This document shows, one piece after another, positions 38,378 through 50,023 of a DNA stretch of 64,000 nt. The first letter of the stretch is position 1. Every line of letters begins with the position of its first letter. This DNA is from Marsupella aquatica (Eukaryota > Plantae > Marchantiophyta): assembly GCA_973895155.1 (NCBI GenBank), contig OZ316898.1, positions 11,183,187 to 11,247,186 on the forward strand, in the 5' to 3' direction. Under the pieces are notes generated by a model. The model saw nothing but the letters and a program-made list of their open reading frames with translations, ran no database searches and had not been told where the DNA came from. Both the position numbers and the translations under genes were made by a program.

Positions 38378-40507
38378 CTAATGCAAATTTAGGGTTTGCC
38401 TTGTTGCCGTTGTCTTGGCGCAAAGGGTTTGCCACCACTACATCTGCCAAAGTGCACTAACCATCACATACCACGGTAAGATCAACCCGTAACCATGGTC
38501 AAAAGCGGATTAATTAAATAAAGCTTGGGTGTACTAATAGGTTTATTCATAACCCAACTTTCCATGGCATATCTTGGACCAGGGGCCTCCACAAAATGTG
38601 TAATTTAGTTGTCCTTGTCACATCTTGCTCTACCTAAAGAGCCCCCAAGGGCAGTCTACGTGGATTAGAGTTAGTGCCATTTTCATATTTCCAATAAATA
38701 AAATTGGCCCTTAGTGCAAACATGGGCATGATGCCTTATTGCCATAAGATTCAAAATTGACGATGTGGATTTTCAAGGATATTGCATCTAGGCCTAGCAA
38801 AACAGGTTTGCATTTGCGAAAACCTTAACCCTGCCGTTGCATGCTGGTATCAATTATAATGTTTGAGAATTGCAAGAAAGTGATTGTTACCAAGGTCTCA
38901 CTCTAATGTGCAGAGATGGAGACAACGCATTCAAATACTCCCAGGTTTAATCGTTGGGATTAGATTCACCCGAACTGGATATACGTCATGGGCCGCACGC
39001 TGTCATGTTTATAGCATAGAAACGATGGAATATGGTTGTCTCCCATATGTAGATTTATCAATACGTTTGTGTTTTATTATAAAAAGGAGCCTAAAAGGTA
39101 GATAGAAGGCTCATATTCGTCGGGTCCACCAAGAACAGGCAATCTCGTTTCTTTACTACTTTTTGGTCCTCTTTGAAATGACACGTTTTGCTTGATCACT
39201 CATGGAAGGTACCTAACTCAGGTTGACAAACAACCCATCTTGCAAGTGATGAACCTGTGGTCGCCTATTGAGTTGCGCTGTGCTGTAGTCCATGCACTCT
39301 CGCGTGCCCATTTCTTTAGTGTCTTGTAATGCTTTTTTTAGTGACCAGCCCCGACTACGCTTTCTTTAGTGTCTTGCAATGTTTTTTTCTTAGTGACTAC
39401 CTGTAGCCCCGTGAGTAGAATGTTCTTTGCTCATGAGCTTTACCAGACCTTTTCAGTTTAGTAGGGCTTTTGTTCCATAATTGGTTTGTAACGTTGGACC
39501 GGCTGTTTCTTGGATCTTGCTCAGGGATTTTTCCCATGTTTTCCGCCTTTATTATTGGGTCTCCTCTTACCTGTGGGCTCCTCTCCAGGGGGTTTGACGC
39601 TTTTTTGTTCGGTGGTGGTAGTCATATATATATATATATATTTATATATATATTTATATTTATATATATATCAATTCCACAGAGGTAGTTTTGTTCTTAT
39701 TGCTGGGATAAAGAATGGTGGAGGAGAAGACGCTACTAATATTTGTGATCAAACTTTCCTACAATAATATCTCACCATTAGATGTTCGTACATTTAAGGA
39801 GAAAGGTCAGATTCAAGCTAATGGGTATGTGGCTAGGTTGGAAACTGGCGCTAACATGGATAATCGTTTTCAGTGAGGTGGACTATGGGAAACTTTTCCC
39901 ACTTAAAAACTTGTTGCTTGACACCTTATTGCAAATGTCTCTAGGTTTTTGTGTACAGTATAGCAAGCCCCAATAACATGGCATTGTGAGCCATCTTGCC
40001 CTTAAAAACATAGTACTTTGGCTTGAGTTTGGAGGGGTTGTTATTGTCTATAATATAATAAGGGATCTTGACTTTTTTGGTCGTTTGTCCCAATACAAAA
40101 AAGCTCATGGGCGAGAAAAATTTACAGCCATTGTATTCTATTAGCTGTTTTCACTGATCATTGATAAAAAAAATGTACACCTATGGCACATATGTGCTTC
40201 CCACTTCCCCATAAATGCCCTGGCCCAATGCCCTATGGGCCAGCTCTCCCTTGCACAGTGCAACGCACCAGCATAGGGCTAGTTGTCCATAATTCACTCA
40301 TAACAAGACATTAACATTCTTTCATACCTTTCATAATTTTTCTCTTTCCTTTTTGTAATTTTCATTTCTCTTTTCTTTTTAGATTTTCACTGCATTTATT
40401 GAGAAAGTGCAGCACAGTCAAGATCTAGGTTTGCACATTATGAACCTTCTCCAATATGAACAATAATAAAAATAAAATGGTGTAGGTCTTTAAATATGTT
40501 AATGTCC

Positions 40508-40648
40508 GCCCAGAGAGACATGGCAGTTCACTTGAGTAGTGACTCATAGGTCTTGGGTTCAAAAGTTATGACTGACTGGTCCCTTTGTGTGGGGTTTCAC
40601 AGATTTTGCCTTCAAATGTTTTTTAAAAAGGCTAAAAATAAAAATAAA
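40508..40648 (+). mobile_element. Probable tRNA-derived SINE
   Basis: ~140 bp with a weak A-box-like tggcagttcacttg, a B-box-like gggttcaaaag and an A-rich tail, flanked by a 16-bp direct repeat aaatRtgttaatgtcc (40492-40507 and 40649-40664). Confidence 0.6.
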
Positions 40649-42452
40649 AAATGTGTTAATGTCCCTTTTACCAGCAATATGAGCAACGATAGCCTCTAAA
40701 CAAAGTATGAACTAAGGCCCTCAGGGCAACATGGCACACAATGTCCTGTCAACAACAGAAGGTCATGTATATTTAATAGCTTTGTAATTTTCTCTTTCTA
40801 ATTTTCAGGGCACTATTGGAGACAAATGCACCATCAAGAGTTGGATAGGCTCATTTTTCTCCTACACAAGGTCTAAGAGGGTTTTTTTAATTTTTACCAC
40901 TCTTTCAGGTCAAACTAGAGGACAAGTTTCATAAAGCTCCATCCAAATCTGGACATTGCATCCTTTGTCAGAAAGCACCAAAATTGTCACAGAGAAAAAT
41001 CACAAAGAGCATTAAATTTGACAAGTTTATTTTACTTAGCAGTGGCCGTAGTCGCCCATTTGCTCTCTGGACCAGGGGACCAATTTAATGGGACTAACAT
41101 GCCCATTCTCTCCGGTAGATTTTATGCCTTATCAGGAACTTAACGCGATTCCTTTTGCTCAGGGGCTCCACAGGTCACTCCATCTGAGATGTGTCTTGAA
41201 TCTCTAGCACCCAATCGGTACGGTTACGCATCTTAACTTTATTCATTCGGCATGACGTGTGAGGATCTTTACATCAAATTATGGGTACAGGCAACAGGAA
41301 GAAGCGGAGATTGGTGAGATCGGCCCAATGCATGAGCAAAGCAAAGAGCGCTTTCTCTTGTCCGATCTTTGACAATAGATAATTATATATTTTAGTGAAA
41401 CAACTAGAAAACAAAAGTGCACAGTAGACAATTAGACCAGAGAATTCTGTATAAGCCACACACGAGAGATTCTCGTGTGGTAGCGTACTGACAGTTTTAT
41501 CTGTTGGATGGCAATCATAATTTTTGTCTCTATTGTTATCTTATGACCCCTTGAATGCGTGATGTTGTCTTTGCCCTGAACGACCTCAATGACCTGTAGA
41601 TCCTGAAAGAATAAAAAGCCCAGGTCCCAAAATACAGATTTTCATCCCCTCCAAGAGAATTATTTCGTGGTTTGCCCAAACATGTTTTTTCACACAGTTA
41701 AAATTATTTCAGGCCTCAGCGTACACCGTTCGATTTGCTCAATTCCATCAAGAGAAACAGCGTACAGCTTGAGGCCAGTCCACAGAGTGAGAAGACCCAA
41801 GGCAACCCTGAGGCAGGGCATGCCAAACCATTTGAAGTAGACTAACCTAAGAATCAGCAAAGCTAATCATACCACCAGTAAAACATGGACTGCAAGGGGT
41901 CTTGAACAGGTTGCGGCCAGGGAGGGAAGGAAGAAATTCACTATTTGGGAGGTGGCAGGGAGACCTAGGAGGTACAAGGCATTATGGAACTAAGACTATG
42001 CTATAAGTCATGGTGAAGTTGCAGCAAAACTCCCTATACCGGAATAAAGAGACACATGGTGTCCTCCAACAACGGATCCAAGGATGTTGTTGGAGCAGAA
42101 AGAGAAACCACTGCTGTTTGGTTGTTGTTGATGCGGCTTCCTGTCTTTTTGGCAGTGTGATATATAGTGAAACAAAAAATTCCCAGGGATATACCTTGGG
42201 ATGTACATTCCTCAGGGATCCATCAGTAAACCGAGCTTGACAATGGCCCTCACAATGAATCAGGATAGTAGTAGTTGGTGTTCTTTACAACCCCACAAGA
42301 GCCTGTCACATCAACAAGGACAATGACAACATGACAGGACAGTTGTGCAAAGAAAAGCTGCCCAAACCATGTTTGTGGTGAATTTTATGTAAAATCTGGG
42401 TCACCATGCTCTAAATCCTAAGTGTAAAATAAATTAGTTCGTGGACCACCTA

Positions 42453-42600
42453 TTAACGGAAAGCTTCAGATGACATCAACTCCTTGAACTCCTGAAAGTC
42501 CACCTTCCCATTAATGTCCGCATTGACTCCCTTGATCATCTGCTGACACTTCTTATAACTATGTCCTTCTTTCATGCCTAGGCTCTTCAACACCATCTGC
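42453..42600 (-). pseudogene. Calmodulin-like (CML) gene fragment, C-terminal EF-hand region
   Basis: Translates as QMVLKSLGMKEGHSYKKCQQMIKGVNADINGKVDFQEFKELMSSEAFR*, matching the plant CML C-terminus pattern (VL.SLG.K.G....C..MI..VD.DGDG.V.F.EFK.MM). The EF-loop is degenerate and EF-hands 1-3 are not found upstream. Confidence 0.75.
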
Positions 42601-42956
42601 ACGTAGACGAGGCCCTTCTTGAACCCTGCTAAGCTTGCTTCTCTTTCGTTCGCTCGTGCCTCATGCGTTGGACAATCTAACAGTAGCGAGAGGCATCACC
42701 AAGTTAGGAACTGCAATGATGGCATCATGGAAAGGAGTGCTGAGTGATCCAACATAGAATCATGTCCACTTCTTCCTTCGTGGCAGCAGAAGGTCGAGAA
42801 AATTATCACGATTACTTTGTCATCAGATCAACTTGCCGAGAGAGATTTAGTTATTATTCAATTGAAACACAATTCAGAATACGGGTGGGCAGCGGTTACT
42901 CAGGGTAAAAAAATGGAAGGTGGGCCTCCTACTAATTGAATAGTCTGTTACCTAGG

Positions 42957-43223
42957 GTAAATAAAATGGTTATTTTTAAAACAGTTTTACATCACGATTT
43001 ACGGCATGGCGTCAAACTAAACCCTAAACTCAATTTTACCAAAATCATGCCACAGACACGAATGTTGAAGCAATTTTATTTTGTAAATCAATCTGTACCT
43101 GTTTGCGGCACATCTCAATGACGTGACGCGCTGTGGAGTCTCAAATTTTGGAAGGGACCTCTAGTGGGGTCCGTAATTAAATAAAGGGAAAAAACATTTT
43201 TTAAACACTAACCATTTTATTTA
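42957..43223 (-). mobile_element. Dispersed repeat family A, copy 2, enclosed by a ~24-bp inverted repeat
   Basis: Same end motif ggaagggacctctagtggggtccgtaa (43150-43176). gtaaataaaatggtta..tttaaa at ~42957 is inverted at ~43200-43223. Confidence 0.75.
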
Positions 43224-44259
43224 CTTTTTGGTTTTTTGTAAATTCAATTAATTTGTACTATATTGTACTTTCACATTAAATTTCAGTAACCTTATAAGTC
43301 ATTGTTTAAAGTAATGGAACTTACGTACAGTAACTACCCTAACAAAAGTAACATGTCCCAGTCCTATCATCGCCATGCTACTATCCCCAGGATTGCCTGT
43401 TCTCAGTTTGTCTACCATGGTGCTGGGAAGTCGGAAAGCAAGACGGAAATAATTAAGCTTTCAGACCATTTTTTGTTGGCATTGTTGCTAGGTAATGGAT
43501 CTGGTAATAGTTTTTTCATTGCAACCGGTCTGGAGCTGGAGGAACTTGAGGCTGTACAAGAATAGAGGAGTGTGAGACTTTTGCTTTCAAGTACTTGACT
43601 GCATTGTGACTGGCGTGAGGAATAGGCATGAAGTCGGCTATCCGAAGGGAAAAATGTGGTTTGATCTTGATGACCTTCCCTGCTCTATGGAGGAAGTAAA
43701 TGTCATTTTACATTTACAGTAGAATTCCACAATTCAGCGAGTAAAGTTTTGTGCAAAAATATGGACATTTTTTTTTCAGAAGTTGTGTGATTTCTCCAAC
43801 GGAGCACTAATTCCAATAATCCAGAAATTTTGGCTGGCTAGAGGTAATAAGGTCCTGATCCACTCCCAGCCTACGGTCATCCTCATGTGTCCAACAGCCT
43901 TGCTAGACTCCTAGAATTGAAATGGAAATCTGCAAATTGGGTTACATGAGCCTCAAACATGTCTCACTCTGTTTTTTGCAGTTCACTTTCATGTCACTCC
44001 TGTCAAAGCATTTCACCATCAGGCATTTAGTTTGAAAGATTGCAAGGTATGCTAATTCAACCTTTCAACACCTTCTTATCTTGTTGTGAAGAGGGAGGCT
44101 TAGACTGAGCAGCGGGCTTTGTCCATTTCCTCCCCAACAGGTCCAGAGAGAGATCAAAACCCGTCAGCATTAATTACATGACCATTGGGCCAAATCAAAA
44201 TGTTCTCATACTTGAAATCCCTGTGGACGATTACACACCAATCTTGGGATTACGTCTAA

Positions 44260-44817
44260 GGAGGACTTTACAAGACGTTGGGGGCACTTGGGAGTTTTTT
44301 TTACCAAAGCAAACTGGAGGGCCATTGCACACACTAAATATAGTGTCCCTTGGCTAAAAGCATTTATTGAATCCTTTTATTGCCCCCAAGGTCTTGTAAA
44401 GCCAAGTGCAGCCAATGGTGCCAGATTAATTGACTAAAAGACAGATTGAGGACCCAGTCCACCTGAATGTCACCTAATCTTTGGCTAAAGTCTTTGTAAA
44501 TGTGAGAAGAGAATATCTTATGAAGGACTCGTGGGTCCCTTTTTATTACAAATGACTTAAAATAGAAATGGACCAAGCGGCCAGAAGAAGAGACCACCAA
44601 GAGAGGTGGTCTAAAATCTAGGACAAAAGAGTGCTCCACAAAAGCAAAAATTGGGCCTCACTGCATTCCATGTAGGATTGGTAACAGGTTTGGTTGAAAG
44701 TGCCCCCAAGGTTTTGTAAAGTGAACAGCAGCAATTTCTCTCAAATGGATGGCCTTGATCAGATCTTGGACACAAAAAAAATGTGGAAACTGCCCCCAAC
44801 TTCTTGTAAAGCCACCT
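44260..44817. mobile_element. PIF/Harbinger (Tourist-like) MITE, copy 2
   Basis: TIRs ggaggactttacaagacgttgggggc / gcccccaacttcttgtaaagccacct with flanks TAA/CAA. The interior (atggaccaagcggcc, gaggtggtctaaaat, ccatgtaggat) is shared with 28394-28965. Confidence 0.82.
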
Positions 44818-45886
44818 CAAGAAGCTATGTTGGGATTCAATACTTGACGTTGGGATCTTCTTGGAAAAGTATTAAAGAGTAATTGTCTCCTGAATGTAGT
44901 ATGGAACATCTTTGCCGAATGTGTAGCTCTCTAGCTGTGTAGGATTTCCCCTTAGAGGTTTGGGCTAGCAAATCAAGCCCGCTGAATAATGAAATGTTCC
45001 CTTCTCTTTGTTGTTATGGCTTTAAGTCTCTTTGTAATCCTTGAGTATTTTGATCTCCATGCCACCGTTAATTCAATTTAGGGTTTCACCGTTTCCTCTT
45101 AAATTTTTAAGGATTTGAGTTGATTAAACTAAATGTTTACATCACAAATATAGAGAATATCCCTTTTGCATATTGTGTGTAATCTACAGTGGTCCATTAA
45201 AGTTCAAATAATTATGGATATTTGCAAAATGCTCTCTCTAGAAGATTCTGCAGGGCCTTACTCCAACGGGGGTGTCGCACACCACATGAAAGTTTTTGGG
45301 GAATAAACTTTATAAACAATTAAAAAATCAGAGATATAGAGAATTTGTCTCCCAATTGTTTGGAATATTTTAAGATTTGGTTTAAGATACCATGTGATTC
45401 TAATAATTCTCAAAACTAGATTAGGCACCTCCAATGTTCTTCTACAAAAATATTGGAAAGTTTTTCACTAAACCCAATAAACAACCCTTTACTTATAAGT
45501 GCATTATGGGTAGGAAGAGAAGTGAGGACCCCAAGTTTTTATGAGGTCATGATTGCAGGTAGTATTCAAAATAATACACTAAGTTAATCACCAAGATTTT
45601 TTTCAAAAGCTTAAGTTCAAATGTTGCCAAAACCTTCATTGCAATTAGGATCTTCCTGTTCTAATAACATCCCCTTCACACTCCATCAACACGTGACATC
45701 AAATGTTCTTTTCTTTCTAGGCATGCACCCATGGATTATACATTGATATGATCGTGCAGAGTCTAGTGATGAGAGAAAAAAATGGATTTACACAATGTTT
45801 TGTCAAGAAAAGTATGAGCTTTTTGTGATACTTCATGTATCATGCTCACACGAGCAATACATGAAGATTTCCTTTCACTCCTTATA

Positions 45887-46048
45887 ACGCTTTTGAGACT
45901 TGGTGTAAGAGAGTCAAGCTGGCAAGCTTTTGAGACTCAAGCTGGCAAGAGCTTTTTAGTACAAGACTTGGTGCAAGACACTTGGTGACTTTTCCCAACG
46001 TTTTAATCCACGTACCCCAAGGCTCTTGCACCAAGTCTCAAAAGTAGT
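45887..46048. mobile_element. Small (~160 bp) MITE, Stowaway/Tc1-mariner-like
   Basis: cttttgagacttggtgtaagag (45890-45911) and ctcttgcaccaagtctcaaaag (46023-46044) are a 21/22 inverted match, with TA on both flanks. Confidence 0.7.
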
Positions 46049-46210
46049 TAGTTGAGCTAATTGAATACTGCCCGCTAATCACTCTGCAAAAATACTGTAC
46101 TTTCTTGGATTGTATACCTCCATACAACAAACTCTTGGAACTGGTGTACCACTTTTCTCTTCCTAGAGCATCATCTTCTACTTCAGTGCCACCAGGTAGT
46201 GAGATAATCA

Positions 46211-46549
46211 TGTTAGGTATTTACTCTTACATCTAAGGTTACAACATGTAACAATAATTAGACTAATCATGGTTAAAGATGTGGTTAGGTTAACTAAGTT
46301 GCACACTAAGTGTTTGCTAGGATAAGTGAAACTAAGGCTCATTGTTATTACAAAGTCACTTGAGAGATAAGGAGAGCTTACACTGCACGGAGACTTGGTA
46401 TGGCCGACGGGCTTAGAGTTCAGTTTAGCTCTCTTATGTGTTTCCGTGGATGTAACCTTGAACAGGTGAACCACGTATCTCTTGTGTCGGCTACTTGCGC
46501 GTTGGATGTGTCATGTGCTTACGGTTGTTATTGTTGTCTATGCTCAAGA
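46211..46549 (+). mobile_element. Solo LTR of the neighbouring copia family
   Basis: Starts TGTTAGGTATTTACTCTTAC and ends CTATGCTCAAGA. It is homologous to the LTR at 47412-47830, is flanked by a 5-bp TSD AATCA on both sides, and has no PBS after it. Confidence 0.9.
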
Positions 46550-46708
46550 AATCATGCACTAAGTGGTGGTTTTGCCTCACACTTTATCTGGCCGGCTCTT
46601 TATATCTGTGAGCGACTTTATAGGAATGGCACATGGCATGGATATGTGACACGGAAAATTGTGATTTCCATATAGCATGCTCATCCTCAAACACGTTACA
46701 TTCATTTT

Positions 46709-46930
46709 TTACGGACCCCATTAGAGGTCCCTTCCAAAATTCCAGACTCCACAGCATGCCACATCATCAAGATGCACTGCAAACAAGAACAAATTTGTTT
46801 CCAAATAAAAATAACTATTCAATCATTTCATGTTTGTGGCAAGTTCTTGGTAAAAATGAGAGCGCCATGCCATAAAACATAACGCAACTTTATGTGACAT
46901 AAAGGTTTTAGTTACCAGTTTAGTTACATC
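46709..46930 (+). mobile_element. Dispersed repeat family A, copy 3
   Basis: Begins ttacggaccccattagaggtcccttccaaaatt, the reverse complement of the ends at 38377 and 43176. Confidence 0.78.
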
Positions 46931-47411
46931 AAAATCCTGAGCAAATGGGTTCCTGTCAAACTCCTGAACCTGAATTGATTGAATGCAAGATTGGCATCAA
47001 GGTGGCAAGCGTTCGGAAAAAAAGATTGGAAGATGGACTGCACTATTATTAGCCATACAAGATTTGAATGTGACATGGGTGTGGAAGTTTAGGTAGACGA
47101 GTTTATAAATGAAGATTCTGGACAATCATATCAACAAATTGTGAGATCCAATTTCCCTCACTGCACAATGAACAAAATTTTGTACGCATTGACAAAGGGA
47201 TGATGACTAAGAAGCAAGAAGGCGAGAAAAAACAAGGACAATGAGACTGGCATGATGACTGTGGGCAAGCTGAGACCAAGAAAGGGTGCCAAAAAGGACG
47301 AGAACTCTGAGAGATTGAACTATTCACCTTTGCATTGATCAGGCGATTCCAATGCACCTTTCAACTTTTGGTACACTTTGTGAGGTCCCATCTCCCCTGT
47401 ATGCATATGGG

Positions 47412-47830
47412 TGTTGGGTATTTACTCTTACGTCTAGGTTAGGTATGACGTGGTTGGTACAACAACGTGGGTTGGTACAACTATGTGGTTAGGTACAACT
47501 ACGTGATTAGGTACAACTATGTGGTTAGGTACAACTACGTGATTAGGTACAACTATGTGGTTAGGTACAACTAAGTTGCACACTATATCATAAGAGGCAT
47601 GTGTGCTTGGAGAGGTAGAACCAAGGCTCATTGTTATGGAGCCACTTGAGAGATAGGGAGAGCTTACACTGTGGAGACTCGGTATAGCCGACGGGCTTAG
47701 AGTTCAGTAAAGCTCTCTTGTGTGTTCCCGTGGACGTAGCCTCAAGGAGGTGAACCACGTATCTCTTGTGTCGACTATTGTGCGTTGGGGTTCATGGGCT
47801 TGCCGTTGCGATCGTCGTCTATGCTCAACA
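47412..47830 (+). repeat. 5' LTR containing an 18-bp tandem array (~47450-47575)
   Basis: TGTTGGG...CTCAACA termini and about 7 copies of gtgRttaggtacaactaY. Confidence 0.9.
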
Positions 47831-47832
47831 AT

Positions 47833-47844
47833 TGGTATCAGAGC
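47833..47844 (+). promoter_or_regulatory. Primer binding site (tRNA-iMet)
   Basis: TGGTATCAGAGC lies 2 nt after the LTR terminal CA. Confidence 0.95.
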
Positions 47845-48982
47845 ATGCTTGGGAGGTGACGTGTGTTCGTGACGGGATTTCATTACGGTTTTTCCAGCAT
47901 TGAGTGTCGGTGGATTTCCCGGAGTTCCGTCGCATGGAACTTGGAGTTTATGGGCTCAACGGATAGATCGGGGCAAGAGCTTTCTAACGGTGTGAAGAAA
48001 TCGCTGAACGGAGCTCGTGGTGCAGAGAGATCTAAGTTTTCGTCGTTCTGGATTTTGTGAAGAAAGTTGGCAATCGACTCGGAGGGAGAAGCGTCAAGTG
48101 TTTTGACTCAACGGAGAGATTGAGGCAAGACGATTGTTTTGAGTCCGGGATTGGCTCTTTGATGCAAAGAGGAAGGCTAAGCAAAATCAATTACCTTGTT
48201 GGACTTGGTGACGGCACCAAGTGCAATTGATCAACATTCGTTGTTGACAAGGTACCATTTTTTCTCTTTGAAAAACTGATTCGAAATTGGCTATGACAAT
48301 TGAGAGAAATCTGTCATCTTTACCAATTTTTTTCTCCCTTGTTCTTTCCTCGTTTTGGGTGCTTCTTATATCGATCTTCACCGCCTCATAGTCTAGTTTC
48401 CAAATCTGAAATCAGATCTTGATTTCGTCAAAACCCGAGTGAGATATCTTGCGTTTGGTGTCGAGGGGTACATTCTACCGTGTGTATTTTCTGCGCGCGC
48501 GACCAGATTTCGACGACGAAGGGTGGTAGGGGGTTTTGGGGGTTCGAGGACACGTGTCAGCCCCTCGATTGTTCTTCCAAAATTCCCACAGGGCCTGTAC
48601 AAGGGTCATAGAATATTCCAAAAAACCAGAGAGCTATTTTTTGACCATCCGACAAAGATTTCATCCGCCGAACGGTAACTTTTTTGGTTATTTTTTGGCG
48701 AGGTCGTAGCCATTGAAGTTGGCAATGCGGCGCACCAATCACATCGTAATTCCGACAATGGGTTGTACTTGGTATTTCGGTTATTCCCTGAGGTGGTCAA
48801 AACGAGGGAGTTTCCCAAGGTTTTACCCACCTCGACCGAAATTTGAATAACTTTTCCGTCAAATTTCAATTTTGATTTCGGTTTTCAGTATTGGACTCCT
48901 AGCTTTGTGGGCTACGCGGTGGTGTTGAGTTTCAAGTTTTTTGAGAAGTTGTGAAAAACAACAATTTTTGTGATTTTCTCAT

Positions 48983-50023
48983 ATGAGTGATTCGGAGGAA
49001 TTTTTCGAAGACATGGAACTTGAAGCACGAGGATCACCGCGGCGGTTTCAGGGGCAGAGAGAGGAGCAGGAGGAAGAGCACGTGACACCGATACCATCAC
49101 CGGTGCGGCGTGTGGTGGAGGAAGCAGTACTACTACCGGAGCTCACGGTAGTGCCAAAGAAGAAGATGGGGACTTTCAAGCTTGGGGGACCCAAGTATGA
49201 AGTGACAAAGTATGATGGGCGCTCTGACTACTTGCTATGGGAGAAGCAGGTGAAGGGAGTGCTCTATGCGTCAGGGATGGGCCAACTGCTGAGCCCTCGT
49301 GAAGACGATGTTGATGAGAAACAATGGGACCGCATGCAGGAGCAGGGAGTGTGGTGTGTTACACTCTATCTCATGCCTCCCATCATCAAGCAGTTGGGTG
49401 CACATAAGGATTGCATGTCCTTGTTTGCGGAATTGCAGAGCAAGTATCACCGCAAGGAGTTGTCGAACCGGCTCTACACTTCCTACAAACTCATGAGTTT
49501 CAGGATGAAGGAATCCGGTACAAAGTTGCAAGACCATGTGGATGCTTTCAACGACATGGTCGTTGACTTGGAAAACCTTGGGGAGACTTTGAATGATGAG
49601 ACGAAAGCTCTGCAGCTTCTTAGTTCATTGCCTCCATCTTACCAGTCCCTATCACGAGTGTTGTTGCATCGTGATAGGGATACCATTTCATATAATGACG
49701 TGGTAAGTTCTCTGCTTAGTGATGATCTTCAGCAGAAGATGCACATCACATCACAGCCTTCATCATCTGGTGCTGCCCTCAATGTTAACCGTGGGAGGGG
49801 TATGCAGCGACCAACTGGGGACCGTAGAACCCAGTTTAGATCTAAATCCAGATCTAAGTCCAAGAGTAAATCCCCTCAGAGGAGGCAGGTGACATGTTGG
49901 AAGTGCAACCAAGTTGGACACTTCAAGCGAGACTGTAAGGGAAAGGCAGCGGAAACTTCATCGGCAAATGTGGCTAGGGCTGATGGAGAAGCTGATTTAC
50001 TCAATGATGAGTATGTTTTATGA
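48983..50023 (+). CDS. gag: Copia Gag, 346 aa
   Basis: KYDGRSDYLLWEKQVKGVL, the copia gag core LLSSLPPSY, and a CCHC knuckle CWKCNQVGHFKRDC. Confidence 0.92.
   Translation: MSDSEEFFEDMELEARGSPRRFQGQREEQEEEHVTPIPSPVRRVVEEAVLLPELTVVPKKKMGTFKLGGPKYEVTKYDGRSDYLLWEKQVKGVLYASGMGQLLSPREDDVDEKQWDRMQEQGVWCVTLYLMPPIIKQLGAHKDCMSLFAELQSKYHRKELSNRLYTSYKLMSFRMKESGTKLQDHVDAFNDMVVDLENLGETLNDETKALQLLSSLPPSYQSLSRVLLHRDRDTISYNDVVSSLLSDDLQQKMHITSQPSSSGAALNVNRGRGMQRPTGDRRTQFRSKSRSKSKSKSPQRRQVTCWKCNQVGHFKRDCKGKAAETSSANVARADGEADLLNDEYVL

Noticed and set aside
43800-43900. Minus-strand WEWIRTLLP..FWIIG as a LINE endonuclease remnant
   Set aside because: The similarity is too short, and the expected GDFN motif is absent.
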